This document shows positions 35,775 to 45,836 of a stretch of 45,836 bases of DNA, one piece after another. The notes under the pieces were generated by a model that worked only from the letters and a program-made list of their open reading frames with translations, ran no database searches and had not been told where the DNA came from. Position 1 is the stretch's first letter. Every line of letters starts with the position of its first letter. Origin of the DNA: an uncultured archaeon (GTDB lineage: Archaea; Asgardarchaeota; Heimdallarchaeia; Heimdallarchaeales; Heimdallarchaeaceae); the NCBI GenBank assembly GCA_964534625.1, contig CAZHRF010000022.1, positions 1 through 45,836 of the forward strand, read 5' to 3'. A program made the translations under genes and the position numbers.

Positions 35775-36545
35775 CTATTTAGATAAAACATTTGTTAAAA
35801 ACTTATTAATTGCCTCAAAAGCAATGTCTCTATTGGGATCAACAGTTAGAATATGATCCCCCTCTGGAATATAAACTAATTTTTTCTTATTAGTCTTAAG
35901 ATCTGAATATATCCAATCACCACTTAATGGAGAAATAGTTTTATCTGTTTTCGATTGGATGATCAAGGTTGGTTTGTCAATGTCTACCATTTTTCTATGT
36001 AAACATTTCAAAAATTTAGAAACTTGATATGCTGCTGGAAGAACATCCACAGGATAAGAAAATAAATTGTTCTCTTCGTACCATTTTATTCGTTCTTCAC
36101 TACGTTTTAGAGTTATTTTTAAACATGAAAGAATAGGTAAAATAAGACGTTGAAAAAGAGAGAATTTGTACAAAGCATTTATTGTGAAAACACCAGTAAA
36201 ATCCATTTTTGTTGCAGAATAAAGAGAAAGAGACCCTCCAAGAGATACACCACCAATGAAGATATTATCATAAGAAGATGAATATTTATGAAAAGTTTGT
36301 TTTATATCCAAAAACCAGTCATTCCAATTTACAGACATGAGATTGCGGGGGTTACTTCCATGTCCATTTAATAGAACACCAGCACAATCATAACCATAAT
36401 TCTGCAAATATGAAGCTAGAGGACGTGTTTCAGTTGCTGAAGCTCCAAATCCATGAATAAGGATTACCAAAGAATTTGTGGGATTATTTCTACTCTCAAC
36501 ATAATATGGTTGGGCTAATTCGCTCAAGGTTTTTTGCTTGTTCAT
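35775..36545 (-). CDS. Alpha/beta hydrolase (carboxylesterase / monoacylglycerol-lipase-like)
   Basis: HGF, GHG, GVSLGG, D and GDH triad residues. Confidence 0.9.
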   Translation of the reverse strand: MNKQKTLSELAQPYYVESRNNPTNSLVILIHGFGASATETRPLASYLQNYGYDCAGVLLNGHGSNPRNLMSVNWNDWFLDIKQTFHKYSSSYDNIFIGGVSLGGSLSLYSATKMDFTGVFTINALYKFSLFQRLILPILSCLKITLKRSEERIKWYEENNLFSYPVDVLPAAYQVSKFLKCLHRKMVDIDKPTLIIQSKTDKTISPLSGDWIYSDLKTNKKKLVYIPEGDHILTVDPNRDIAFEAINKFLTNVLSK

Positions 36546-36688
36546 CTTAGAATAATCCCCCCAACTTATAATTTAAGATTATTGTATTGGTTTCAGTTAA
36601 AAAATATATTTAAACGTAGAGGATTTATTACATTTTACGCAAAAAGTTTAATAATTTCTCTTTTATATTAATAAATGGTGATTAAGAA

Positions 36689-36922
36689 ATGGCAACAGCT
36701 TTCATCTTAATAAATTCCGAAATAGGCGAAGAAAAAAGTGTATTGGAACAGCTATTAAGCCTTCCCAATGTAAATGAAGCACACGTTGTATATGGTGTAT
36801 ACGACTTGATTGCAAAAATAGAAGCAGACACAATGGATAATCTAAAAAGAATTGTAACAGAGAATCTCAGGGCTTTAGAAAATGTTCGAAGCACAATGAC
36901 AATGATTTGTGTCGAGAAATAA
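36689..36922 (+). CDS. Stand-alone Lrp/AsnC ligand-binding domain protein
   Basis: AFILIN..G.E, VYGVYDLIAKI, VRSTMT. Confidence 0.92.
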   Translation: MATAFILINSEIGEEKSVLEQLLSLPNVNEAHVVYGVYDLIAKIEADTMDNLKRIVTENLRALENVRSTMTMICVEK

Positions 36923-37015
36923 TATTTCATTCTTTTTTTTTCTTGTTATTTTACTTTGCTTTAAATACTTTTTTTCTGCAAAATTTTATATAAAACCAGC
37001 TATACTCTTACTTAA

Positions 37016-37699
37016 ATGTTATATAAGATCATATTAATTGTATTAGGCTACCTATTAGGGGGAATACCCGTAGGATTGGTTATTGGAAAAATGATCAAAG
37101 GAATTGATGTCCGAAAACATGGATCCAAAAATATGGGAGCTGCCAATGTTGCACGTTTAGTTAATAAAAAAGCTGGGATAATGACAATGATTGGAGATAT
37201 GTTAAAGGGGGGAATAGCAACGCTTCTTGGTCGCATATTAATTTGGACTGACCAGTTTAATAATAATAGAGTACTCAATGATCCTGGTGTCTTTTTAGCT
37301 ATAATAGGCTTAGCAGCTATCATCGGGCATAGTTATCCCATCTATATTGGGTTCCATGGGGGAAAGTCGGGTAGTGTAAGTGCTGGAATTCTTCTTGGAA
37401 TAAATCCTATTGCGTTTGTTATAATGTTTGGTAGTTGGATTATAGTTCTAATAATAACTAAATACACTTCCTTGTCGAACCTAATAATTGCATGGTTAAT
37501 GCCCCCCTTATTATGGTTCTTCTCTGGATCTAAATTCTTTTTAAATAATAATTGGTTAGCGGGAGGTATTGGATTTATTATGCTCATTGTAGTATATTGG
37601 AGGCATAAAGAAAATATTAAGCGTTTGATAAAAGGAGAAGAGAGAAAGTTTGGTCAAAAAGAGAAGATTAAGGACGAAAATGGTACTACAAGCAATTAA
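37016..37699 (+). CDS. plsY: Acyl-phosphate:glycerol-3-phosphate acyltransferase
   Basis: YLLGGIP, HGSKNMGAANVAR (motif 1), DMLKG, GHSYP..FHGGK (motif 2), RHKENIKRL..GEE (motif 3). Confidence 0.92.
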   Translation: MLYKIILIVLGYLLGGIPVGLVIGKMIKGIDVRKHGSKNMGAANVARLVNKKAGIMTMIGDMLKGGIATLLGRILIWTDQFNNNRVLNDPGVFLAIIGLAAIIGHSYPIYIGFHGGKSGSVSAGILLGINPIAFVIMFGSWIIVLIITKYTSLSNLIIAWLMPPLLWFFSGSKFFLNNNWLAGGIGFIMLIVVYWRHKENIKRLIKGEERKFGQKEKIKDENGTTSN

Positions 37700-37782
37700 T
37701 AACCAGAGTTCTTTGTCATCTTCAATTTTTTTTCCATAAAATAAGATTAATTAATATCTAAATAATTATTGTTAAGTAAGAT

Positions 37783-39327
37783 ATGAAATTAACACGGAAA
37801 ATAATATTGTTGGTTCTTACAACTGCAATCATTATATTTACAAGCATTAGCATTATGCTATTTATTAGGTTTCAAAACATTGAAGAAATAGATATAGCAC
37901 ACATCTCAGTTCCAGAAAGCTCATTAAAAGGAGAAAATGTTACAATAACAGTTCAATTTACTACAAAACGATGTACTATTGTTGAGATAACAACAGTTTC
38001 ATTTATGATCATTTCTCTTGAATATCAATATTCAGTTAATTTTGAAGTCAATCTAAATAAATATATTGAAAAAAAAGCTGATACTATTTCTTTTTCAATT
38101 CCTCCCGTTCTTGATACCAACGAAGGTACATTCGCTCTCAACACGGGTAACTATATATTGAACGATTTCTTGGTAGTAACATCAGCAGGGAGACTTGTAT
38201 CAAAAACCTCTCGAACACTTAATATAAATGATAGGCTTGAAGAAGATCAACTAATAAATACAGGCTTTGAAGAAGAGATAAAGAGTTGGGATATTAAAGC
38301 TTTAGATAATAGGACGGAAAATACAATAGTACCAGATGGCATAGAAGAGAATTCATTTCAAATTAAAATACTAGAAAAGATTTACTTATGGAATACAACG
38401 CATGTAGAATTAACCCAAAGCATAAATCTAACAGAGACTCATTTTATATCCTTTCAACAAGAAGTAACCAAAGGGAAAGTTGATTTTGATCTTATAATTG
38501 ATGAAAGAGACACTTATGATTGTATAAGAATTACGGAATATTCAGAGAGAGACCAGTTTTTATTTTTTGGTAATGAAACAGGAATAAAAAACATTACATT
38601 AAGAGTAAAAATAATAGAAGCTGAAGTAGGAAGCAAGATATTACTAGATAATATCTCTATCAAAAGCTATGAATATAATGTGTTTTTAGTATTACTTGAT
38701 AATAATTGGAGATACGACAGTCAAGCAAATATAACAAGAAAGAGTATTAAGGAAACAATAAATGAGGTATCAATAAGATTTAGAGCTTTTTATGGTATTA
38801 ATTTAATCCCCTTAATTGAAAAAAGATGGTACGTCACCCACAATGAAATTAGAGAGATATCCGATGCATATCAAACAGGGATCAATGATGCTGGAAAAAT
38901 TCTGAAACTTAAAGGACCATGGGATGGCAAGAAAGGTAAATCAAAGAATAATAATGGTTTTGACATGCTAGTTTGTTTTTCTAATTTTTCAGCAAGTCAT
39001 TTTGGTTTCGTAAAAGAGCGTAATGTGGCTTTTCATTTTGCACAATCAGAATATTTACAAGAGGCAATAAATGAAGCAGGTTTGGGATGGATTCAAATAA
39101 AAATTAAAGAAGACTGGGCGGATAATTTGGCTCAACACGAAATATCTCACATATTTGGAGCTTTAGATAGAGATAGGCGATATTTCTCCCCAAGCGTAAT
39201 GACAAAATCTTTAACTCCAGAAGATGTCATAAATGATTTTATGAGAAAAGAATTGTGGTTACAGGTAGAAAATTGGTTAATACAAGATGCTAGGATAATG
39301 ATTACATCAAGAGCAATGTTTAGATAG
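37783..39327 (+). CDS. Membrane-anchored metzincin-like zinc metalloprotease
   Basis: N-terminal signal anchor; HEISHIFGALD plus Met-turn SVMT; NTGFEE..W jelly-roll-like segment. Confidence 0.78.
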   Translation: MKLTRKIILLVLTTAIIIFTSISIMLFIRFQNIEEIDIAHISVPESSLKGENVTITVQFTTKRCTIVEITTVSFMIISLEYQYSVNFEVNLNKYIEKKADTISFSIPPVLDTNEGTFALNTGNYILNDFLVVTSAGRLVSKTSRTLNINDRLEEDQLINTGFEEEIKSWDIKALDNRTENTIVPDGIEENSFQIKILEKIYLWNTTHVELTQSINLTETHFISFQQEVTKGKVDFDLIIDERDTYDCIRITEYSERDQFLFFGNETGIKNITLRVKIIEAEVGSKILLDNISIKSYEYNVFLVLLDNNWRYDSQANITRKSIKETINEVSIRFRAFYGINLIPLIEKRWYVTHNEIREISDAYQTGINDAGKILKLKGPWDGKKGKSKNNNGFDMLVCFSNFSASHFGFVKERNVAFHFAQSEYLQEAINEAGLGWIQIKIKEDWADNLAQHEISHIFGALDRDRRYFSPSVMTKSLTPEDVINDFMRKELWLQVENWLIQDARIMITSRAMFR

Positions 39328-39396
39328 GTGGAGAAATCACCAAGCGAAAAGCTTAATTAGAAGAGAAAAAGGGATAATATAGAACAGATAAGGAAA

Positions 39397-39506
39397 GGCC
39401 GAGTAGCCTAGCTTGGTTTATGGTCCTTGGTTTGGGCCAAGCAATACAGTGTTATTTCTTGCAAATCATCAAGAGGTCCGGGGTTCAAATCCTCGCTCGG
39501 CCACCA
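39397..39506 (+). tRNA. tRNA-Pro(TGG) with 31-nt intron at 37/38 (39437-39467)
   Basis: GGCCGAG/CTCGGCC, CTTGG/TCAAG, BHB (TTTG/CAAA; CAAG/CTTG), encoded CCA. Confidence 0.92.
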
Positions 39507-39629
39507 AAATCTTTACCTTTCTTTCATCTCACATAATATCAATTCTTCAAATTGTTTTTGTCTCTAAACGAAAACTATTAAAACGAAAGAGAACAAAACG
39601 AGATAGCATCAAACCCATAGGGTGATAAT

Positions 39630-39707
39630 GCCCCGATAGTATAGTTCGGCCAAGAATTGCGGACTTTCACTCCGCAGACCCGGGTTCAAATCCCGGTCGG
39701 GGCACCA
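39630..39707 (+). tRNA. tRNA-Glu(TTC)
   Basis: GCCCCGA/TCGGGGC, GCGGA-CTTTCAC-TCCGC, encoded CCA. Confidence 0.95.
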
Positions 39708-39820
39708 TATTCTTTTGTGTATTTTAGTTCCTCACTTCATTCTTAACATTTTTAAACGTGTCATAAACCTTTTCTTATATTGCTTTATTAGATTAACAAT
39801 GACTTTGGGTGTAATTTACA

Positions 39821-40795
39821 ATGGATCTTCAAGAAAAACTCAACTTAATTCGTAAAAATTGCGCTGAAATCGTTACTGAAGAGGAATTAACATCTCTTCT
39901 CGAGACAAAAACTTCTCCCCGTGTTTATACGGGTTATGAACCAAGTGGGCCAGTTCATATAGGTCATGTTGTAACCGTCATGAAACTTAAAGATTTAGAA
40001 CGAAGTGGATTTCACGTTACCATCTTGCTTGCTGATGTTCATGCACTATTAAACAAAAAGGGCACAGAAGAAGAGATAAATCATCAATGCCTTTTATGGA
40101 AAAAAGCTATGATGGCTTTAGGTTTGCAAAACCCATCTATTGTTCTTGGGAGTGAGTTTCAATATGAAAAAGAATACATTCAAGATTTACACCGTCTTGC
40201 ACTCCGTACCACTATAAGTCGAGGACTTAGGTCAATGCAAGAGGTTGCTCGTGAAATAAATAATGCTACTGTTTCCCAAATGTTATATCCCCTTATGCAA
40301 GTCTTAGATATAAAATGGTTAAAACTTGATGCAGCTCAAGGAGGATTAGAACAGCGCAAGATTCATATGTTAGCAAGGGAATTATTTCCTTCAGAATTAG
40401 ATCTTTCGCCACCCGTTTGTATTCATACTCCCCTAATTACAGCCTTAAAGGGGGCAGGCTCTAAGATGTCTTCATCAATACCTGATTCTATGATTTCTGT
40501 TATAGACTCGCCTAACGAAATAAAATCTAAAATAAAACAAGCATATTGCCCAGCAAAAGTTGTAGATGACAATCCAGTTCTTCAAATTGCACAACTTATT
40601 ATTTTTCCAAGCGTCAATAAATTTAATATAACACGCCCAGAAAAGTTCGGTGGAGATATTAGTTTCAATTCTTATAATAATCTTAAAGAAGAGTATGTAA
40701 AGGGAAATATCCATCCTCTTGATTTGAAAAAAGCTGTTAGTAACTATTTGTCAGATATTTTTACTCCAGTTAAAACTCTTTTCAATAAAGAATAA
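39821..40795 (+). CDS. tyrS: Tyrosine--tRNA ligase (archaeal short form)
   Basis: YTGYEPSG.VHIGH, YPLMQVLD, GGLEQRKIH, KMSSS, HPLDLK. Confidence 0.96.
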   Translation: MDLQEKLNLIRKNCAEIVTEEELTSLLETKTSPRVYTGYEPSGPVHIGHVVTVMKLKDLERSGFHVTILLADVHALLNKKGTEEEINHQCLLWKKAMMALGLQNPSIVLGSEFQYEKEYIQDLHRLALRTTISRGLRSMQEVAREINNATVSQMLYPLMQVLDIKWLKLDAAQGGLEQRKIHMLARELFPSELDLSPPVCIHTPLITALKGAGSKMSSSIPDSMISVIDSPNEIKSKIKQAYCPAKVVDDNPVLQIAQLIIFPSVNKFNITRPEKFGGDISFNSYNNLKEEYVKGNIHPLDLKKAVSNYLSDIFTPVKTLFNKE

Positions 40796-40798
40796 ACT

Positions 40799-41671
40799 TT
40801 ATTCTTTTATCAGATACTCTCTTTTTGAAAATTCGTCTGCATTGTATGAACTTCTTACAAATGGACTTGAAGCCACAAATTTGAAACCGTATTCATATCC
40901 TTTTTTCTCATATTCTTTGAATAGATCCGGATGTATAAATTCCGCAATCTCTAGATCAGAACTAGGTGGTTTAAGATATTGCCCTATAGTTAATATATCA
41001 CACTTTACTGTCCTTAAATCTTTCATAACTTCCAATACTTCTTCTTTTGTTTCACCTACTCCAACCATAAAACCAGATTTACTATATATCGAAGGATCCA
41101 TCTCTTTTACTTCTCCCAGTACTTGAAGTGAACGCTGATAATCAGCTCCAGGGGTTATTTTTTTATATAAACGTGGTACAATCTCTACGTTATGATTAAT
41201 GATGTTAGGTTTTTCAGAAACTATTATTTTTATGGCAGTTTTTTTTCCTTTCATATCGGGGATCAATAGTTCGATTATAAGGTTTCTATTATACTCTCGC
41301 AACTTTTTTGTTATTTCTGCAAAATGAGACGCACCTCCATCAGGGAGATCATCTCTCGTTACTGATGTAATCACCACATGTTTTAGTCCTAATTGCTTTG
41401 TTGCCTCAACTATGTGATATGGCTCTTGAGGGTCTAGTTTATTAGGTTTTCCACTTCTAATATCGCAAAATTTACACGATCTAGTACAAATATCGCCCAT
41501 TGTTAAAAATGTAGCAGTTTTTTTTGCAAAACACTTACCTATATTAGGACACATGGATTCTTCGCATACAGTATTTAAATCTAATTTTCGTAGTATATTC
41601 TGCACTTCTTTAATTTCATTCTTTTGTTCCTTTCCTATCTTCATCCAGTCAGGTTTTTTAATTCTTGGCAT
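40799..41671 (-). CDS. lipA: Lipoyl synthase
   Basis: CEESMCPNIGKC (CX4CX5C), CTRSCKFC, RSSY. Confidence 0.96.
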   Translation of the reverse strand: MPRIKKPDWMKIGKEQKNEIKEVQNILRKLDLNTVCEESMCPNIGKCFAKKTATFLTMGDICTRSCKFCDIRSGKPNKLDPQEPYHIVEATKQLGLKHVVITSVTRDDLPDGGASHFAEITKKLREYNRNLIIELLIPDMKGKKTAIKIIVSEKPNIINHNVEIVPRLYKKITPGADYQRSLQVLGEVKEMDPSIYSKSGFMVGVGETKEEVLEVMKDLRTVKCDILTIGQYLKPPSSDLEIAEFIHPDLFKEYEKKGYEYGFKFVASSPFVRSSYNADEFSKREYLIKE

Positions 41672-42380
41672 TTATAATTTTCTCCATTAACTCATCATTT
41701 GATATTTCTTCAGTATTTATTTGAAAAACATTTTCAAAAATTCGCTGATATATACTATAAACTTCTGCCATTTCTATTTCCCTATTTAGTATCTGTTTCA
41801 TTGATATTGGAGGGTTGGTTTTTATTCCACAAGGTATTATCATTCCAAAATGGTTCATATTTGTGTTCACATTAACAGCAAGTCCATGTGAAGTAATTTT
41901 TTTTGATGCTCTTGCTCCTATTGCTGCAATTTTTCTATCAATCCCATCAATTTTTACCCATACACCAGGATGATTTTCCCTACGTTTTCCTTCAATTTCC
42001 CATTTTAGAATAGTTTTTATTACTGTTTCTTCCATTTTCCAAACAAAATCAGGAACAGAGAGTTTATTTTTAATCAAATCAAGCAAGAAATAAACAACAA
42101 GCTGTCCTGGTCCATGATAGGTGACTTTTCCTCCTCTTTCAACATTTACAGTACTTATTCCCTCACTTTTCAAACTATCATTACTTACTAGAATCTCAGC
42201 TCTTGTTCCTTGTCTTCCTATAGTAAAAACCGGATTGTGTTGTAACAAGAATACAAAATCTTTGAAAGTTCTGTCTCCTTCTTTAATCTCTCGTATCTTG
42301 TTTTGTAACTCTAAACTTGCAATATAATCAAATTTTTTATATTTCACAACATAACAAGTATTAACCATATTAATTGTCAT
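41658..42380 (-). CDS. lipB: Octanoyltransferase
   Basis: QHNPVFTIG, RGGKVTYHGPGQ, KIAAIG, HGLAVN, IPCG. Confidence 0.95.
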   Translation of the reverse strand: MTINMVNTCYVVKYKKFDYIASLELQNKIREIKEGDRTFKDFVFLLQHNPVFTIGRQGTRAEILVSNDSLKSEGISTVNVERGGKVTYHGPGQLVVYFLLDLIKNKLSVPDFVWKMEETVIKTILKWEIEGKRRENHPGVWVKIDGIDRKIAAIGARASKKITSHGLAVNVNTNMNHFGMIIPCGIKTNPPISMKQILNREIEMAEVYSIYQRIFENVFQINTEEISNDELMEKIINAKN

Positions 42381-42486
42381 TTTCACCCAAACTTTTTACA
42401 CTTTTTGGTGGCACAATAATTTTATTAAATTTCTACACAGAGATAAAATTGAAAAATGTGTATATTTTATGTGTTTTTGGATATAA

Positions 42487-43224
42487 ATGGCAAAGATCAT
42501 AACTATTCTTTTAGCAAAAGCAGCTATTGAGACATTTCCTTCTCAATTAGTAAAAAGAAAAGAAGTTAGAGATTATTTACAGAAAATAGATAAATCTCCT
42601 GACGAGATTTTGTTAGATGTCAGTTATCATGGAAGGTTCATGGAAGGTCTACCAAATAAAGACCAACGAGGGCGCCCAGATATTGCACATTTTGCACTTT
42701 TATCTTGTTTCGGATCCATATTGGGAAGAGAACAGAGATTAAGAGTCATAATTCACACACAAGAAGATAGAATTTTACGTTTTAAGCCGCATATACGATT
42801 ACCAAAAAACATATCTCGATTTAATGGTTTAATATTACAAGTTCTAAAACATGGGAAAGCTCCTCTAACCGCCGAACCATTAATTACTGCTTCAAAGGCT
42901 ACGCTTAATGAACTTATCCATGAACTAGTACCAAACCATGACCTGGTACTTGAACTTAGTGTCAAAGGAGAAAAACTATCTTCAGACGAATACTCAAAAA
43001 TAATAAATGACTCATTAAATCCATTACTCATTTTTGGTGCTTTTCCTCATGGTCATTTAACATCAATACCAGAAAACTTGATTGACTATAAAATATCAGT
43101 TTTCCGTGAGGGGTTAGATCTTTTTGCTGTCATTTCACAAATACTAGCTTCAGTGCATAATGTAGAAGAACAAGTACTATCTAAGGAAGACACAAAAAAA
43201 CCGGATCGTCTTTCGTGGATGTAA
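42487..43224 (+). CDS. nep1: Nep1/Emg1 SSU rRNA pseudouridine methyltransferase
   Basis: LLD.SYH, RGRPDIAH, RLPKN..RF.GL, GAFPHG. Confidence 0.92.
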   Translation: MAKIITILLAKAAIETFPSQLVKRKEVRDYLQKIDKSPDEILLDVSYHGRFMEGLPNKDQRGRPDIAHFALLSCFGSILGREQRLRVIIHTQEDRILRFKPHIRLPKNISRFNGLILQVLKHGKAPLTAEPLITASKATLNELIHELVPNHDLVLELSVKGEKLSSDEYSKIINDSLNPLLIFGAFPHGHLTSIPENLIDYKISVFREGLDLFAVISQILASVHNVEEQVLSKEDTKKPDRLSWM

Positions 43225-43347
43225 CCAGTATAGTATTAAATTAAATCCTAAAATTCCTTTTTTTTACATATAAAATTATAAACTCATACAGAAAGACAAA
43301 CTTAAAAGATTAAACAAGTTTGCATAGGTAGCAATCTGGTGACATTC

Positions 43348-45462
43348 ATGTTAACTAAATTACAAAAACTATTAAGACCCGATAGTGTAGCTATTATCGG
43401 AGCAAGTACTGATAAAAAAAAGGTGGGCTATGCAGCCTTAAATAATATGAAGCTTATTGGTTTTGAAGGTAACCTTTATGCTATTAATCCCAAAGCAGAA
43501 AGTTATGGCGGAAAAATCCTTAATGTGCCTTGTTATGCTTCAGTAGAAGAACTACCTGAACCTGTTGATCTTGCAGTTATTTGTATTCCAGCAAGGTTTG
43601 TTCCTTCCACTTTGGAAGCACTTGGCAAGATGGGTACTCCTTATTCTGCAGTAATTACAGCTGGTTTTAAGGAAATTGGCGATGAAGGACTTCAAATGGA
43701 AAAAAAACTTGTTGAAATTGCCAAAAAATATGATATGCGTCTAGTTGGTCCCAATATACTGGGTATAATTGATACAATAACACCGATAAATGCTTCATTT
43801 GCTGATCAATCACCAATTAAAGGCAATATTGCCTTTTTATCTCAAAGTGGGGCACTTTTAACAGGGATTCTTGATTGGTCTCGTGCAGAAGGGATCGGAT
43901 ACTCTAGTTTTATTTCTATTGGAAACAAAGCAGATTTAGATGAAACCGACTTTATTGAGGCTTTAGCTGATGATGAACATACAACTGCAATCATGGCATA
44001 TTTAGAAAGTATAAACAGAGGAAATGAGTTTGTTCGCATTTGTAAACAAGTAACTCGTAAGAAACCGGTTATTGTTATAAAAGCTGGTCGTTCTGAGGCC
44101 GGTTCCAAAGCCGCTTCTTCCCATACAGGTAGTATGACGGGTGCAGATACGACATATGATGTTGCTTTCGAAAAATGTGGTGTTTTACGGGCGGATACAG
44201 CTGAAGAGCTTTTTGATATGGCTTTTGCCTTTAATTATATGCCAATCCCTAAAGGAAAAAGAGTTGCAATTATAACCAATGCAGGTGGACCAGGTATTTT
44301 GGCCACAGATATGGCAGAAAAAGAAGGATTAGAACTTGCTGAGATATCTTCTGAATTAAGAAACGAACTATCATTTCTTCCAGCAGCAGCTAGTTTGAAT
44401 AATCCCATAGATGCGTTGGGTACAGCTTCGGGAGAAGATTATGGTAAGACTATCAAAGCATGTCTACTAAGTGAAAACATTGATGGAGTTATTATAATCC
44501 TTACCCCACAAGCAATGACTGAACCAAAAGAAACGGTAGAAAATATAATTAAAATACATAAAGACCACCCCGAAAAGCCAGTTATTGCAGTCTTCATTGG
44601 GGGTGAGAACCTAGGCCCTTCAATTCATACATTGAAACGTAATGGTATACCTTGTTTCCCATTCCCAGAACGCGGTGTTACTGCAATGGCAGCGTTAGCA
44701 AAATACAATGAAATAAGAAATCGTCCAGAACAGGAACAAATTCCTGAGTTGGAAGTTGATAGAAGAAAGGTACAAGACATTTTCTCTCAAGTTAAATCAG
44801 AAGGGAGAAAAACATTGTATGGAACAGAAGCAAAAGAAGTGGCAGCAGCATATGGGATTGAAGTTCCATTCGCAAAACTTGCCCAAACACCTGAAGAGGC
44901 TTCAAACATCGCAGAGAAGGTTGATTTTCCAGTCGTCATGAAAATAACAGGAGAGGGTATAATGCATAAAAGCGATATTGGAGGCGTTAAAGTTAATATC
45001 AAATCTAAAAAGGAAGCACACGATGTTTTTAACGAAATCATTTCTAATGTAAAAAAACATTATCCTGAAGCAAAACCACTCGTTGAAGTACAACATATGG
45101 CACCTTATGGTCGAGAACTCATTACTGGTGTTCTACAAGATCCTCAATTTGGACCACTGGTTATGATTGGACTTGGAGGTATCTATACCAATTTCCTAAA
45201 AGATGCAGCTTTTGGATTGGCTCCACTCAGTATTAAAGAAGCCAAAAAGATGTTGAAAAGGATTAAGACCTATAAATTGCTCCAAGGAGTAAGAGGAGAA
45301 GAGCCTTCCGATATTAAAGCAGTTGTTGATACAATAGTAAGAATATCTTTATTAGCTCATGAATTTGATGAGATAGAAGAAATGGACATAAACCCATTCT
45401 TTGTCTATGAAGAAGGTAAAGGCGTATCAGCTGTTGATGTAAAGATTTCATTAAAAGATTAA
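43348..45462 (+). CDS. ADP-forming acetate/acyl-CoA ligase, fused alpha-beta
   Basis: SVAIIGAS, SQSGAL, ASSHTGS (phospho-His), TNAGGPG, NPID, HKSDIGGV, EMDINP. Confidence 0.94.
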   Translation: MLTKLQKLLRPDSVAIIGASTDKKKVGYAALNNMKLIGFEGNLYAINPKAESYGGKILNVPCYASVEELPEPVDLAVICIPARFVPSTLEALGKMGTPYSAVITAGFKEIGDEGLQMEKKLVEIAKKYDMRLVGPNILGIIDTITPINASFADQSPIKGNIAFLSQSGALLTGILDWSRAEGIGYSSFISIGNKADLDETDFIEALADDEHTTAIMAYLESINRGNEFVRICKQVTRKKPVIVIKAGRSEAGSKAASSHTGSMTGADTTYDVAFEKCGVLRADTAEELFDMAFAFNYMPIPKGKRVAIITNAGGPGILATDMAEKEGLELAEISSELRNELSFLPAAASLNNPIDALGTASGEDYGKTIKACLLSENIDGVIIILTPQAMTEPKETVENIIKIHKDHPEKPVIAVFIGGENLGPSIHTLKRNGIPCFPFPERGVTAMAALAKYNEIRNRPEQEQIPELEVDRRKVQDIFSQVKSEGRKTLYGTEAKEVAAAYGIEVPFAKLAQTPEEASNIAEKVDFPVVMKITGEGIMHKSDIGGVKVNIKSKKEAHDVFNEIISNVKKHYPEAKPLVEVQHMAPYGRELITGVLQDPQFGPLVMIGLGGIYTNFLKDAAFGLAPLSIKEAKKMLKRIKTYKLLQGVRGEEPSDIKAVVDTIVRISLLAHEFDEIEEMDINPFFVYEEGKGVSAVDVKISLKD

Positions 45463-45486
45463 GATTAGTCTCTTAATCCCTTTTTT
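45457..45486 (+). terminator. Hairpin plus T-tract terminator
   Basis: GATTAAGA-ttagtc-TCTTAATC followed by ccTTTTTT. Confidence 0.65.
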
Positions 45487-45669
45487 ATGATTTTTGAGTT
45501 CATTTTTATTAGTTATCATATACTAACTCTATTTCTTTTTCATCAAGAATTATTTGAATTCCCTTAAAACTAATATCGTTTTGAGTTACCATGGTTTTTT
45601 TTGGGCAGATGTAGGAAAATTTGACAAGTTTATAAAGGAAAAACAGCTTAAAAGGGTGAGGAGAAAGGC

Positions 45670-45795
45670 TTGCCGAAGAAAAGTGGGGACGTACACAAAA
45701 CGGTAAAAATACGCATACGAACAGAAGTCCTCACAAAAAGAAAAAAGAAACGGCTTAAGCAGATAACAGCAAGGGACACACGGTATTACTGGTAA
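45670..45795 (+). pseudogene. Truncated TnpB-like N-terminus (41 aa)
   Basis: TATA 45629-45636, SD GGTGAGGAG, TTG start; MPKKSGDVHKTVKIRIRTEVLTKRKKKRLKQITARDTR resembles archaeal TnpB-family N-termini (KTVK.....TK.K...L..LTAR) and then stops prematurely. Confidence 0.55.
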
Positions 45796-45836
45796 CTTTT
45801 TTATGAATACCTTTTTTGTCGGGAAAAGTGAGAGTT

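Overview
AT-rich archaeal chromosomal segment. It is most likely Asgard/Heimdallarchaeia-like, inferred from longin/uDENN-like, PCI/zinc-ribbon and SNAP-like proteins plus archaeal Lsm-L37e, Nep1, ZPR1, DTD2, form III RuBisCO and BHB tRNA introns. It is mostly housekeeping and metabolic: hydantoinase/oxoprolinase, GH3, S9 peptidase, CysRS, TyrRS, OTCase, R15P isomerase-RuBisCO, aconitase-X mevalonate genes, PlsY, LipA/LipB and ADP-forming acyl-CoA synthetase. There are 8 CCA-encoding tRNAs, 3 with introns. No CRISPR array or intact mobile element is present. The most notable observations are: (i) a cluster of ORB-like boxes suggesting a replication origin with no adjacent cdc6; (ii) an abrupt A-to-T compositional inversion inside a eukaryote-like argF flanked by inverted (GAAA)n/(TTTC)n tracts; (iii) an orphan TnpB-type omegaRNA/right end abutting an 845-aa ORFan with a possible PD-(D/E)xK domain; (iv) a structured RNA at the left edge and a TnpB-like stub at the right edge that share an upstream 19-mer; (v) a catalytically dead GAPDH paralogue next to the RuBisCO operon; (vi) bacterial-type acyl-lipid genes beside archaeal isoprenoid genes. 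All family calls come from motif recognition by eye; no searches were run.
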